A stretch of 64,000 nt of DNA from Acanthaster planci (lineage: Eukaryota), in the NCBI RefSeq assembly GCF_001949145.1, contig NW_019091357.1, positions 2,214,114 through 2,278,113 on the forward strand, written 5' to 3'. The notes beneath the pieces were generated by a model. That model made no database searches, was not told the DNA's origin, and saw only the letters and a list, made by a program, of their open reading frames with translations. Numbering within the stretch: the first letter of the stretch is position 1; every line of letters begins with the position of its first letter. Both the position numbers and the translations under genes were made by a program. Positions 46,201-61,460 of the stretch are shown here, in pieces.

Positions 46201-49200
46201 GAAGGCCTGTTGTTGCGACTCAACACGGTCCAGGCGCAACTACGAGAAGGAGAAAAAAAGGGAAGCTCGTGTTTGAATGTACTCTGACACTCTCTCCTTG
46301 TTGATACTGTTGCCTCTCACTAAAGTAAACACACCATTTTGGAGGTCCATCTCCCGATCTGAGCCATGGGACGGCCAAGACGATACCCACACTTGCGTTT
46401 TGGAGGGAGAGACGCATTGAGATTGTGCGGGTTGGCGGTGGAGCAAGGTACGGGTAGGGTAGGCATACTCGGGCCGCGGCGTGAATGGGGGCTTTTGCCT
46501 CGGTGGCATTGTACCGTCAATGTCGGTGTTGCCTGAGGGCTCTGCGATGGGGGCTATGGCCATGTAAGGTTGACATCCCAGGGGAACTAATTAGCCTCAG
46601 TGGGGTAAACATTGCAAAATAAATCTACGTAGCCATCTTTGGACGCCACTTAAAATCCTGGACCGTTGCTATGCAATGTTACAGTCTCCCTCGCTTTTCT
46701 GTGCATGCTTATTCAAACACTTTAGGCTGAGACAGTATTGTTTGGAAGAATACCAAGAGGTGGACTTTACAGTAGTGCAGTAACATCAATCTACTTGTAT
46801 ACACTACTCAAAAACTTGTTATTTTGTGTATAATTTTTTTCTATGAGATATTTTCCTGCTGAAAATGTGCATTTGATGTTTTGAAACACCTTTTAATTTG
46901 TTTTTATTCCGATGAGAACACCATCTTGACAAACAAAAAATGAAAGAACTAGAGCTCACTCATTACTTGGAGAAACTTACAAGTTAAGAAATAAGTGGTC
47001 CTCAACTTCTTTTTGAGTAGTAGGCCTATATTTTATTGAGCTCAATGACAAAAGATAATATTTGCTTTATTTCCATATTTTCCCCTAAAAACCAAACGAC
47101 AGGCTCAAGGGTAATCTGCCATTAACAATATTGGTCCTGTAGAACTTGAAATCGGATCAATAAAACCAAACCAACATTTGCAACACCGCCTTCAAATAAG
47201 AGGATTTCGACTTTCTGTGTTATATCTTGACAGCGTACAATGTGGTCTGTCTAACACACGGCTTAGTTCAGGGACGAAAGATCGTACGACTCGTGCAATA
47301 TTGTTGTCTCCGCACGGAGAGTGCGGAATATGCTCCATCTATAGCATGGCGCAGCAGGCATCTCCGAGTTTCGTAAGGCGAAAGCAAGCAGTACCGTTCT
47401 ATTGGTCACTTAACTTGGAGTCATTTGAAGTTGAACTGTCATCGTAAAAGGAAAAATTGAACTCTGTAACCACGGCTTCAGACGTTTGATTTGGAAACAG
47501 TTGAGTTTTCGCACGAGCTAATTTTAGAGGACGAAACTTGTTCAGTAAAAAGTACTTGCTCCACAGTTTGGCTTCAATACGATTAAAAAAATTGAACCTG
47601 CCAATTTCAAATGGCAGTTAGGTTATGGAAACAGTGGTTCAGGCTGCCATGTTGGGATATACATGAGCTAAAAATAGCCAAACCCAATTAGAATGACAAC
47701 TGAAATACCTGCATATATGGATACCTCTGGGACAAATTTAACTTCATTTTTTGGGTGTAGTTTTTCTAGCCATGTACATGAAGTTAGGTACCGGACGAAA
47801 TAAATACATTAGGAGAAATTATTCTGCGTCGACCGGAGCGGGAGGGCTATACTTTGGCGCCATTCCCTCGCAACCAAATCAAATTATTGATCTTGATTTG
47901 ACTATGTATGCGTCTTTCCCCTGAAAGTTCCCTCCCAGTCATTCCTGTCTCCGAGAGACAAAAGCCAAGCAAATGAGAGATGACCCAGGATGATGTTTTT
48001 CTCCCTTCGTCTCCTCCGAGAGTGAGCGCCATCAATTGAAGACGAGGCCAAACAAGAAAAATCGAGGATACACCACCGGGGGGAAGGGTGGTGTCTTCTC
48101 AATAAGACAGGGAAACACGAGGAGGGAAGTCAAGATACTTACCTGTCCGCCCCGTGTTCTTTTTTTGCCTCTCTTGGTCTGGGAGGCACCGAGGCCTTCG
48201 TTAATTTTAGCCGGCCTTCTCGGCTGTCCTTGGACCAGAGGCCGGGGTGAGACGCGCTACAATAACGGGGATGTCTTGGTTGCCGTCTTAATGAAGACGA
48301 CTCGTGTTGTAAAATACCCCGCGTGGACGCACCGGATACTACCGGATCGTGTATCGCTTACAACTTGGAACGGCATTTCTAGTGCAACAGGGAAACCTCT
48401 TTTTTCAATAGCAGTTCTTGGCATCTTTTTGGAAGGAATACGCCTGCATGATTACAGATTGGAGAAGTTTGAAACTTGCTTGTTCAGACATAATGTAAGG
48501 GTCGTCTTGACCGCTAATTTTAGTTTTACTTCACATGATAATCTTGGAATGGGTGATCCAAAACCCACAGAGAATCAATCTCCTTTCCAAGATAAAAAGT
48601 TTCTATAGTTAGTCGGTCATGCGTGGAATTCTTCCAATAAAGCAGCGTCCCCCACTTCAGGATTTTTGCCTCAAGCCACTTTGAGTTCTGTAATCACGCA
48701 TTTTCCACCATCTATATGCCGGCATGTTTCCAACGGAGTAAATTTGAGTTCATCATGATCCAAATAATTTTCTCTTGTAGCTGAAAAATTGATGATGTAA
48801 TTACTTTTTTGGGGTCGAAACTTTGAATGATTTACTGATGACTGCTTCTTATTATGTTGAGATTCTTCTTACACTACTCGTACGTGACTTGTTCCACGCG
48901 GTTGTTAGTCTGCCTTTGTGCACTTTTGCTGAGGCATGCCTTCAGAAAATACCTTTATCCAAGGTCTATGTGGCTTTTTGTATTCGTCACTTACCTGTCA
49001 AATCTTTCATACGTGATATAGTTTCCTCATTAGTATGCTTGAATTATGTTATACAGTGTTCTGCACTGTGCTATCCTTATGGCAGTACATGGATGTAAAA
49101 TGTTACATGTATAATTTGCAAAAATGGATCTTGTTTGAGATGTTGTTTTGGTTTTTTAAACCCTTATATTCGCCATTAAAAAATGAACACCTTAAACTCG

Positions 49201-52174
49201 TTCCACTAATTCACCAAGAGCTTATTGACACAAATCCATCTCAGCTCTCATAATTGATCGGCGGGCGAGCTCAGAGGCGAAAGAAAGGAGAGAGAGAGAG
49301 AACAGCGCGGGAAAACAATTTGCCATAAATATGCACATTCACGCATCGCCTTGGCAACTCGCTGCGGGCAACGGGTGCAGGCGTGCCCCGTCACACCTAT
49401 CTCGTGCCCTGGTCATGGATACACTGGCCCAGCATATCGGGTCCGAATTACGGCGTAAGTTCCCCTTAAACAGCCTGGGTGTTGTGCACTTCTCACGGCT
49501 GAGTTCTTCGTCCCCGCGAAAATCCTGACGAAGTCATGAATCCAGCGCTTTTTTTTTTTTTACTTAGTTGGCCTTTAACACACGACAGCGTATGTTTCAA
49601 CACTCTTTTCGCTCACACTCACAGGAAATGTCTGGCGCCCTGAAATCAACCCATCCTAAACTTTTGAATGTGATCATCGGGGCCAGCTTAGTTCTTTTAT
49701 ACTATAAGGCTCCCTTAGTGTGGTCTTCTTCAAGATGAAAATAAACCAGGTCACATGATTTGTTCAAGTAAAGGCTTTTGTAGTTACATGGAATATGTAA
49801 TACCAAAAAGTCATGGTAATTTTTCCCCATTATCTTGTGTCTTTCCAGTTCCTACCAGGACCAAGGGGTGGAAACAAAACTTTCCAATTCAAAGTTTTGA
49901 TCCAATGTGCGCGCCGGTCGGGATCAAGTGTCTCTCCCCGCAGCCTCAAATCTGATTAGAAAGTTGAAGCGCGCCCTCTACCAATCGATAATTTCCAAGC
50001 CGTTGGTGCAGGGCTCTGGTGATCCATAGACGTTGGGAGCCCCGACAGCTGACAGGACCACACGTGGTTTAGCCGCTGAAGGTAAGTTCCTCCAAAGAAA
50101 AGATAGAGAGAGAGAAAAAAACCGAGAGATGTGAACAAACAAGAATTGTTTGCATAGGATGACTGGAAAAATCCGCAACAAAACACTCTGAATCTCGGGT
50201 GAAAACAAGGAAAATATCCTGTGTGAATTTTCGAGCCATCTACACCGCAGGGCTTAGCTCCAGTTTTGCGGGATAGTTTTGATATTCCAAGATTAAACGT
50301 AGCTAAACAAAAAAAACCCTTACGATCTGCCGTTAAGTTAGGCCTTAGAAATTTTTTTGTATCAAATACCAGCATAGGCAGCTGAGTTACATTAATTTCT
50401 TGAGTTACTATTGGAGTCCATTCGTCTTTTGTTAGTTATTCTTTACAATGATCCAACTTAAGGGTCCTCTGAGAGCAATAAAATCCATTTTATGCGCATT
50501 CATTTGATATCGAAAGTAATTTCCGAACGTGTACAGGATAAAAGGCGAGGCTCACAGAGCTGCACTTGTGCTACATAGTTTCTCCTTACATGTCGGTTCG
50601 CGCTGTACACCACCAGACCCCGAGCTGATGTAGCGAGTTTTTTTTTCGTGTGTGCAGCGCTGTTTGCTTTGGCCCCCTCGTACACTGATCTTCCATTGAA
50701 GGGGCCCGTCTCGATTACAGGCCGGCCAGCGACGGCAAACATCAGACCCGCGCTCCCCTTCGACTGCCCGCTGGGAGGGCGAGGCCCGGTAAAGGGCACG
50801 CTGCGACGGTGGTGGTGCCTGGCCCGTGCCGGCCCGGACCTGCCCGGCTCCGTTGTCATGCAGAATGTGCATTGCTGGTGTCTCTCCTAGCCTTCTTTTT
50901 CAAGGATTAATTTGGGTGCCCTTCTCAGTTACCTGTTTCTTATGGTTTCCTTTTCTTTCGACTTCCATTTTGCTTGAGTCGAGTTGACTGTTGAATAGTG
51001 GATATTTAAAAAAAAGAAGCCAAATCGTACCCAGAAACTTTACCCATCGGTCGCACGGTTTCATTTGGAGTAGCGTTGGGTAAGTTTGAAGAAGCGGCTC
51101 AGTGAGTATCTGGGTCTATTCTGTGAAATATTGCCTTCCTTTGTCGAGCACTACTAAGGCCCTTGTTTTACGCTAAACTCACTTGCGTGAGCGATGCTTT
51201 TTGTGACCGACAAAACAAGATGAGTTTATTCAGCAAGTTGTCTGCGTTTTTGACGTCCATAATTTGGGTAGGCCGAGTAATCATGTTGTTCCTGTTTTTG
51301 CATCCTTTCAACGAAAATACGGACCGATTTCCCGTCACAGGAGGAAACTGTAGGCCCCCGATGTTTATAAAGTTGCCCTGTTCAAAACCAAGCCTCGAGT
51401 ATCCGGCATTTTCAGTGGGTAGTGTCATCTTCGTGTGGGTTTAGGGACAACATGGCAAACGATGTTTACCCAAGTTGTTGCCATAGACAAAGCTCTGGTT
51501 GATGGCAACGCTTAGCTTCCTCGTGGTATTGTTGATGTGAGTGTTATTGTATGTAATGATGGTGACGATGATCCCAAAATTCTAATTTCCAAATGCTCGA
51601 CAAGTATTGGAATGCAAGTATGATTATATGCAAGAAAAATGAGACGTCCATGGATTTTTTTTGGCGACCGATATGCCTCCACTGAGTCATACTGTGTCAG
51701 TTCTCTCTGACACAAGTGAAGATGATTCCGAATGACTCAAATACATTGTTGACATTAGCAGGTTTGTTAAGCACATTGTTTTGTTTTTACACTCACGTCA
51801 ATTCCGTGTCACCAATGCAAGACAATGTTTCTCAGAAATGTTTGTGGTTTTTTGGAGTTGGAAAATGTTTCAGAATGACACGGTCGAACTGGCCAATCGT
51901 CAATTGTGGATTCGTCACGACACCAGCAAAACACTGGAAAGTTCGTGTATACCTGTGCCGAGCGTCCAGGACAAAAATAAATCTTGTCTCGTTCATCCCA
52001 AACCAAAAGCCACAGTGCGACCTTTTAGAAGAATCACTTCATCACCCAACTTTGAGTCTGCTTCCTTTGATCAAATCAACTTGAAGAGAAATAACTCCTT
52101 TGTTCCCGCATGGAGGATTACTAGCTTTTTTTCTGACCAGAGGAGAGTAGTGGAAAGCGACGTTTAAGTTTTAA

Positions 52175-52325
52175 CGAGAAAGCCTCCTAACGTTAAGCAG
52201 GACGTTGTGGGTTCGAATCCCAACCGAGCAAGCTGATGATTTTGTGGCATCTCTTGGACACTGATACAGACTACAATGTGAACATACCTCTACGTCGATG
52301 TGAGCGCAAAATCTTGTATAAAAAT
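52175..52325 (+). mobile_element. Probable degraded tRNA-derived SINE
   Basis: B-box context GTTGTGGGTTCGAATCCC at ~52204 followed by a non-tRNA body and A-rich end. No clear A-box or acceptor stem. Confidence 0.45.
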
Positions 52326-53171
52326 TAACATCAAAACGTAAAGTTAAAATATGGGAAAATTTCAATTCGACCAAACTTTACCCAATCAAAATGTTCACCT
52401 TAAATTAGCTGATAAAGAACAACATCCAAACACAAGAATGATTTAAGAGCTCAACCGTTTTACTTTTTTTGTCTTCAAATTCATATTTTTTGTTTGCGTC
52501 TCCGATGCGATCCATAACTCGCCTTTCTTTTCGTGAATTTTGAATTCTGAAATAAGGAATAATCTCGGTCAAGTCGCAATTTGGCCAGCTCGGGCCGACT
52601 CCGGAAGGTTCTGGAAAGTAGGCCACGCGACAATAGCCTGAGCGGGCAATGTCAGTCACCTCGGAGCCGGCGATCGCACAGAAAGATCCCCGGCGAAAGA
52701 GGCTAGGCCTCCGAGAAGAAGGGGAAAGAAGGAAAGGGGGGGGGGTAAAACGAAAGCTGGGAGGCCGTTCACATTTCACGAGCTAGCGATTTTAATCGCT
52801 CCTGACAGAATGCCGCGAGTGAACTCTGGCAGCCTCACAACGGTCGAGCGGCCACCGAGTCCCAACACCCGCCGTAATAACACCAGGGTTTGTGTGATAC
52901 CTAGGTGAACTGTGCATCAAAAGAAATTTTTTTTTTTGGTGAGATTTTTTTTGTAGCTGTGCTGACTGAGCTCTTGAAGACCAAGCAAGGAGAGGTAGGG
53001 GGAGAGGGTTTAGCCAGAGAATATTAATCCCCAAATGTTTGGTGTGAGCAGCTTGGGACTGATTGGGTCCAGTCGTGGTCTCGATTTTTACAATTAAGCA
53101 AGCCCATCAAAAGAACAGTAATTTTAGCGAGACAGTTCAAAAGGCAATCTCATGGTCCTGGCTGGACGGAG

Positions 53172-53174
<3 letters not shown>

Positions 53175-53237
<63 letters not shown>
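53175..53237. repeat. (GA)n microsatellite, ~31 units
   Basis: Direct reading. Confidence 0.98.
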
Positions 53238-53242
<5 letters not shown>

Positions 53243-56200
53243 ATCTGTTTTTGCCTGGTGCGTTTGTGATATCGGAGCAGGCGAAGGGGCCAGTTGGATT
53301 CTGCTCACCGTCCGTTACGCGCGGTCGATGCTCAGTTTCCTCTTCGGATCGTCTCACAGTTCATACTCGGTGGACTCTTTACAAGGAGCAGCAGTGGCCG
53401 CCCACCTGGCCCCGGCTGATAACGCGCCGTGCGAGCACACGCGCATTGTCATCTCCTATCTCCCTGTCAGCCCACATTACGTCTGCCGGTTGCGTCTACA
53501 CAATGCTCGGTCGCCCTTACCCGTGTGTTAACACACCGCGGGCTGCCTCCTATGCCAACTACTCAAGACAAACTCAGCCCTGCGTCCAGCTTCCCTTGCA
53601 GCAGACTTGCCTCAGAGCTCCCTGGCAAATCCAAGAAGAAAAAAGAAAGAAATATATCCGAAGCTCTGAGCCGGTAAAACTGGGCTAAATTCCTGGTGAC
53701 TGGTCTGCATGCAGTCCGTCTTCTTTCGCCTCCGAGAATCGGCAAGGTTTTCAGTGGGTTATACCTTTTTTCCCCCTTCATCCTCCATGGGAAGTTGGTT
53801 AACTGTCGTCTTGAAGAGATGCTGTTCACCAGCAGGCACGATCCATCGAGAGGGGGTGCATAGCAGTTTTCCCCCTCGATGTTGTTTACCGTCCGAGGGC
53901 TAAGATGACTTGGTTTTCATTTGGGGAGGACAGCGCAAGAAAAAAAAAACTAAGAGAGTTTGAGACATGGAAATCACTGTCAGAAAATGTCTATCGGGAA
54001 ATGAAGATTTCTTAGCCCGGGAAATCCGGCAGGCGAGATTGGATCGGTGTCGGCTGGGTTGAGGAGAATCTTATGCCAGGGGAGTATTCCTGAGACTTGG
54101 CTACGGTGAGAACCGGATAGGGGACGGAAAAAAAGGAGCACTCTTGTCAAATCCCTGACTGATTGTGTCCCAGCCAAGTGGGAACTGTTCCCGAAGTCGA
54201 CTTTTGCCATTTGGTCGACTGCATAATCTTCAAAAGGAGGCAATTTTCAGAAGTGTATTCGGTTACCAGTATCACACTAATGTTATCAGGGAGCCGTGAT
54301 TTCTACGCAGATTTGCAAAAATAAGATTCATCATGAATAATCAAAATCATCCTTTTATAATCCATAAAAGCTAACTGATTTCCTAGATCCTGATACTCTT
54401 TGCCTCACGTAGCAATAAAAAAGATGTTAAAAATGACAATGTCTTGAATCCCAACGAACAGACCTACAACCTTCACATCAATGAATTATTAATCCGAGTA
54501 CAGTATCTCCATTCATTTCCTCATATAAGCCCTTTCTCTCTTTCTAATATACCGTTTGGTGGAGTAAGATGGAATTGGCTTAATAAATATCGAATCTCGC
54601 GGTCACTCTGTGGTCTTAACTTGAACGACTCCACGGTGGTAAAGACGCAGAATCCCCCTCAGCGGTATTGTAAATCATACAAAAAAAGGACGGCGATTTC
54701 ATTACAGTGGGGCTCCGATAATATCGCACACATCAAGAACCGCATTATTGAGCTCAAGCTACGCATGAAAGATTCAACTTGGAATTAAAAAAAGAGGGGG
54801 GGGGTTGATCACACATCAAAAAAGGAGTTTTTATCGCATTTCGATTGAGGTCATGAACCTCAGAAGCTGTGGCGATTTTTTTTTCGTGGTGCCTTTTTTG
54901 GCTGTGAGAAGCGTTGGATATGTCAACTTCTCTTCTCGGAACATGTTTCTTTGTCATAGTCGTTCAGCTGTCGCTTCCTTGTCATAGTCGGTCATCTGCA
55001 TGTCGCCGTCATTGCTTTTGTTTTCCTCATGACAACTCTATTCATATCAGTGTATACTTTGGTCCGATCCTGTATATGGGGAAACGTCATATAGCGAAAA
55101 AGGCTCTCCAATAGCTGACGCAAAGACAAACTGTGGAGTACTGGTTCAAGAGGAGAGATAATCATACAGGTTCACGAGATCTAACATTGTCTGTTCTTTG
55201 GCAGTGCAGAAGTCGTACTTGGAACTGAATTTGATGATCAGTGTAAGGCAACGTTTGTGCGATATACATAATACGTCAGGTTTTAAATCGATCTGACAAA
55301 TATCAATTCCATTCCGTGACATCTTTTTTTTCTCCTTCTTTTCTGGCTCATTGAGGGGGGATGTGCGAGACTGCCACGCTTAGCCGGTCGGCACAAGGCA
55401 TGGGTGTGCTCGTGCAGTGTGTTTCATTACTCTGAGATTGTCGCACAAATCCGGAGGAGGAAAAAATATATATATGCTGGAGGATTTGTGCGAGCGAGGA
55501 CAGACGACACAAATTATCGCCGTGTTTGGGTTCCCTCTGCCAAACACGAGCGACGTTGCTCGCAGGAGCTCGCTAGGTTTTTTTTTTTGTCGCCGAATAG
55601 CTAGCCAGAGACCCCCTGTACAGGAGCTCTACAGACGCGCGGCGCGGGACAAGACAACCCCGCGATGGCTTCGGGTCGCCTGGGCCAAATGATCGCCATA
55701 TCTCGCCGGTCGCGGGTTCTCCTAACACAATTTCCCAACACCCCGACCCACGATTTGTTTCATTATTTCCATTTACCACGGAAACAGAAAAATATACATA
55801 ACTGCTTGAGGAGTGTTGGCGATTGCAACCGATATGTGCTTTTTCCTCGAATACGGATGCAAGGTATGACGTAGATCAGCTCACACTCCCGGAATCGGCG
55901 GAGATAACCGCGCCACCGACCCTAGTCGGTGCCCTGATTAAACCTGACGATCTCGGGAGAAACTCCGGTGCGGACCTTTCCCTCCGTCCCGGTCCCCCCT
56001 CCGTCGAACGTGGCTAATTTTAAATCCCCTCGTGGTTTATCTGGTCTCCAATCTGCTGTTTGCTCGGCCGACGGGCAAGCCCTCCTCAGAGGCACTGGAA
56101 GACATTTGAATGGAGGCACGCCACTCTTGGAGCCGTGCGACGACAAACAAGTCCTGAAAATTGCTAAGTCTAATTTCCTTCGCATACTTGGGAATTGGGT

Positions 56201-59200
56201 GACTTTTATTGATGTTTCCCTTCTGGTTAAGAGGAACTAAGCAGAAGTCGCGCTTAAAATGTGACAATTATTTTAAGGCTGTAGAAGATTTGTGCCAACT
56301 CTCAAAGACAGCCCGGAGCATTCTACGATTTTTTTTTAAAGAAACTGGATTCACAATCCAAGTTAAAATCGTAAATTCCTCAAAGAATTGTAGTTTAGAG
56401 CACTCAAAATAATTAAATTCCTAATTTATCGCCAGCCCGAAAGTATGGACAGAAAATGCGCAGGACGCACCTTTGGCTGTTCGCCTCCGTTGGATGAATT
56501 TAGCAACCATTTCAGGATATCTTTATACTGTGTATGAAAGTCGCCATCTCAGACAATGCTCACTTGCCATCCGAATGTCTCCGAGGTACGCTTTCCTGTT
56601 TCTGTCCCCTCTCGGGCATGGGGGTCACGTGATTAGCGTTAGCCATGTGGAGTTGTGTGAGCGGTCCCCTAGGACTTACATGAGATATCTTAATCGCAAA
56701 GTTACTTTTGTTTTTCAATGCCGAGTGCCTTTGCAGACAAATCCATGAGAGACTCCAACCCCGAAGTGATTCAGTCATAAATTTTGGACTTTTGTCGTCG
56801 CAACGAAACAAAAAGCGTGTATCTCTTTCCTGCGTGCAATGCGTCAGGTCTCCTCTGGCAATTATCTGGCTACCTCTTTCCTTGCTTCGGAAGCGTAACA
56901 CCGCCATCATAAATACCTCTGTTTCCAGCCATGATTGTATTGGTATATTTTACCGAGTCAACCTTACAAGTATCTCTCTTTGTCGTTCTGTCTCATGCTG
57001 TCTTCCTCGCAAAGCAAATGTATACTTAGCTTTGAACAGTGATTTTTAAACGACATTTATTTATAAATATATATTTATATTTATTTCCCGTGTTTAATTG
57101 GCCTGGTTGACGAATTCAGCCCCATTACTGGTTATGCGCTCGCTTGGTTAGCGTCAAAATGACGTGGACAAATAACGAAAGCATAATAATGGGACTGATG
57201 AGACTAAATAGGTACCGTTTTTCAGGGAAACAAACAAATAGGTTCTTGTATTCACAATCCCCGCCTTGATCTAATATTGCTCTTAATATTTTTAACCACC
57301 GTTGCCTTTCTTAGCATGGACATGGCTGATGGTAAAGCCTGTTCGTTTTGTTTGTTGGTTTTGAGGTTCGACTTTACGAAATTAAAATTTAAGTTTTCTG
57401 GCTGTCTATTAGTTACGAGTCGCGAGACATCTTGATTCCTGAAACATCCTTAGCGATGGATCGCACGGCTGAAAGCTCCCTGCGCGATCGGAGACCTTCC
57501 AAACCCAGCCCTGTCCCCGCTGGCTCCCCGTAAACCCTCCTTAACTTCTCTTCCCTCTTCTCGTGGGCGTCTGGTTAACACATTTTTGCTCGCGTGCTGC
57601 CGGGGCCTCCCTCCCCTTAAAAAGTCACCCCTGTCCCCCCTTCCTCCCTCCAACTCCGCTCCGTGATGGATGAGGTCTCTATCCCGTCTGGGCAGCGGCA
57701 GATAAGCCACTCGTATCTCCCTGGGACTCCAAGTTATTTTGGCGTAACGAGCTGCGAATTTCGGCGGTCTTCTTTGAAGTGTTGAGCTGGTGTTGCGGGC
57801 GAGGAAGGCCTGCATCTTATGGATGCGGTGTTCTCGAGCATTCGGCTTATGTCTCGCTGGTGGCCGAGTGACTCAACTGGTGTTCACTTTTTCCCCCAAA
57901 CAAATATCTCCAACCAAATCCGTACATTTTAATTCTGCCACACGGAAACCAGGTTTGTCTTCACCTATTTGCATTAATGTTCCTGCTTAAAAGCTACTGT
58001 AAAAACTCTGGTTTACTGTACAACACGTATCATACCATCGAGCAGCTATTATTGATAGGCGTTTAAGTCAAAGTCTTCCGAACAAATTTTCTGGGTTCAC
58101 TTCCTTTGAGTCATCCTTTGTGCATGTTTAAAATCAAGACAAATCAACAAATAACATTAAAAAAAACTGCTCAAAGTCGAACAGCTGTAACCAACAAATT
58201 TCTTCGTTTTTCTCACGAGTTTTGCTTTTTTATGCTTTCTTTGTGTTTATTTTCTGGTGGAGGGGTTGTCATGGTGTCGAAATGGACTAATTCTTCCCGT
58301 TTCCTTTCAATTCAAACAGCTGTCAATCTTTGTTACCTGCCTGTGACTTGTTACCTGTTTAAGACAAATTAGCACTAAAGTGCAAATAATGTTATAAAGT
58401 CTTAGGCGTGGGAGTTCAGGATGTCCTTTGTATGTGGCTTCCAGTGTTATCGTTTTGTACCGGATCTTGCACTGAAAATGTCCACCGCCATCTTGGGCAT
58501 TACGTCTGATCGATGCTGAATCTTAAATTGCTCTGCTTTCTGTAATCTTCAAATTAATTTTCCTATATTTAGCACTGTTCTGTGAGTGATGGAATTCTTT
58601 GAGAGGTCGCAATATATTTTTGCCGCGTTTTCCGTGAGGAACGTGGGAAATTTAACGAGACTTTCTTTCCTATATATGAGTACCTAACTGAAATCAATTT
58701 CCCTTTTGGTGGTAGGTGTTTTCCTTCATTTCTGATGTGTTAACTGTTTACAGAAGTGCTTGTTTTCTTCAAGTTAAACAGACATCAATGACGGCTATTT
58801 GCATTCCAATTTCATTTAAAAGTCAGTCCAAACATTTGAGTAAGACTACTACACGGATTAGTGGAATTTAAAAGTGACAGTAAATGAGCTCATTAAATCC
58901 CCCTCTCAAAATGAACCAGATTACTGTTGTGATGATACTCAACTCGGAAGGACTCCAAACCGTTCTGCGATTTTGCCGCCAAAACCGCACGATGCATCAC
59001 GGCCGAGCGTACAGGGAGCTTTTCATTTCCCGCGTGGTTTGGCCGCACAGTCGCGGCCTGTTAGCTGAAAACTGCAACGATAATGGATGAGACCCTTCGC
59101 CAAGACACCCGACTGATAAAACTGATCCGTCTCTACTCGATGATGGATGACCCGTCTCGGACCTGAACCCCCCCTGCAAAGCAGACGGAGCGTGACAACA

Positions 59201-61424
59201 GAGCCGATCCACCTGGGGAATTCTGCACCTTTTTTGCGGTAGGGATTCCGGCTTGCGACACGCTCTGCTGATTTGCCCAATTTCAACTCACTTCTCTTGC
59301 CTCCCGCAATTTCGAAAGGAAGATCGCGAGGATAGTCAGATTTCCATAATTCAATTTCGATTTCTATTTCAGAGAATAATAGCGTTGTATAATTTAAACA
59401 AAACACATCACTGACGACATGGCCGATTAGGTCACAGCCATTTTTCATCTTAAGGTTGTTCATCTGCATGACCTTTTATGAGATCGAAGATTTAGTTAGG
59501 TACAAATCCAATCCAATTGAAGTACATCAAGCGATATCACATCAGTTACTTGTGACGAAGACAGCCTTTGCACTTGAGAGGGGAGCTTTTCGCATAAAAA
59601 CGTTGTCATTTCTTGTAGAGGTCTCTTTTCCTTTTAAAAACACGAGAATTGATAATAGTTCTTTTGTATAGTTTATTTAGACACTGGAAGGCACCACTTG
59701 AAACAGTCGGTGAATAGTGCATGAAGTAGAGAATTTTTGTACACTGAGCATGGATATGCAGCCATTTTGTTCGAACGCCGAGGATTAAACTTTACGTCTC
59801 TCTTCGCAAGACATCAGACGAGCCAAGCGGTATCATTATTACCCAATGCCCTACACTTCAAAGCAACCTGGAGCCCACAAACTCAGAAAAAAAAAGAAGT
59901 CAGAAAGTATGTCCGGGAGTTTTGAACGTACTTGCTGAAAAAGTGTCATCATGTCCTTTTGCGATAGTCATTTCCAAATTCCAATGCACCGTCTTTGCTC
60001 TTCTTCCTTCGTAATTTTCTTCTGAAAGCTGAAGTAAGTCACCACAGCCGCAGTTTACGACGAGCCCCGTATCAGTCTGGAATGAGTAAGGCCAGCCACG
60101 CAATTGAACCCGGTCTCTTCTTTCTTCACCGTCACGCTCCACTGCCCGTCAATTTCCACTTTGTCTCTCGGGCATGTTTCGAGTAGACATACATTTCCTT
60201 CGCCCGGTTTCGGGTCAGTTATGATCTTATTGTCAACCCGCTTCCCTTTCCACTCACAAGATATTTTTATTTTCTTGTTAAGATTTTTTTTTTAGTCTTG
60301 TCCTTAACCCCATCCCTGCCAGTTTTTTCTTCCCTAATAGCCGCTGAAAAAGGTCTGGTGACCAGGTTGACGCGGGTGACCATCGTATCGGCTTGTCAAG
60401 TCGGGGCTCTGGCGGCTGAAACCCGGTTGATTCACCCAATTGAGTGCCGGATACACGGCCTGACATGGCCTCGTCCGGTAACCTGACGTGCCTCAGTGCC
60501 AGATCAGCGTTACTTGGAGAGGGTTAATCTGTCCCAGACCTCTCCCTTTACAGATTTAGTATGGAGGAAAGCTACTTCTGTAGTAAAAGCAGCCTTCTTA
60601 GACAAAAAAATGGAAGCAGATTGATGAATGATTTGGTGATATGTTCTCGTCTAAACCTCCGAAACTGTGACTTAAAATTTTCAACGCTGAACGTTTTCGC
60701 AAGTTAAAAAAACCTAAAACAAACAAAACCGCAACAAAAAAAATACAAGAACATGCTTATATCAAATTGATACAAGTTTTTGTTGGTGAGCAAAGACCTT
60801 CGGGGAGTTGACGTTCGAGGCACCAGCAACAAGGCTGCTCAATCCCCGCCCCCCCCAAAAAAAAACCAAACTGATATTTTACGGGGAAATCCCTTATTTG
60901 TGCGAGAGAAATCTGCTACTTTAACAATGCGAACCACGATTACTCGTTAGTTTCTGGTTCAACGATACATTAGATTCCATTTTCAATTCCCTGAGCTTAG
61001 TCCCTTTTTTTCATCTCGCAGTTACAGCTCTTCCTGACTTCGTGATTACGCCCCCGCATCTCCATCGCTAAAGACACTCACTTGTAATTGAATTAAACTT
61101 ACAATCATTTGACTCCGTCGACCCTAATAACTAGGACGGTTAATTACTGCCTGGCTTTTTTTCGGGGGTAAACTCGCCACTTTCCTACCTTCGACTGATA
61201 GATGTATATATATATATAAATGCCCCTGGGTTAGCCTAGTATTTTCCCCGTCGATCTTGTGTCTCTTCTCTTTTCTTATTAAGCGAGTCCTCTGATTATA
61301 CTTATGTATCCATTGGACAAGACTACGCATTAAGGACAGGTGGACACTGCGGAATCGATGCGTTCCCTCCAGTAAACCCATTTAGCATTCTCAGCCCAGG
61401 TCAAATCGAGGACGAGCGCAGGAA

Positions 61425-61427
<3 letters not shown>

Positions 61428-61458
<31 letters not shown>
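61428..61458. repeat. (GA)n microsatellite
   Basis: Direct reading. Confidence 0.95.

Positions 61459-61460
<2 letters not shown>

Noticed and set aside
48135..48145. U1 snRNA gene
   Set aside because: Only the first 11 nt match; the downstream sequence is not U1.
53124..53688. ER-repeat and SL-repeat ORFs
   Set aside because: Translations of (GA)n; the rest has no recognisable domain.
60787..60808. GTGAGCAAAG, matching the 5' part of miR-87
   Set aside because: 10-nt match only, with no pairing 5' arm.
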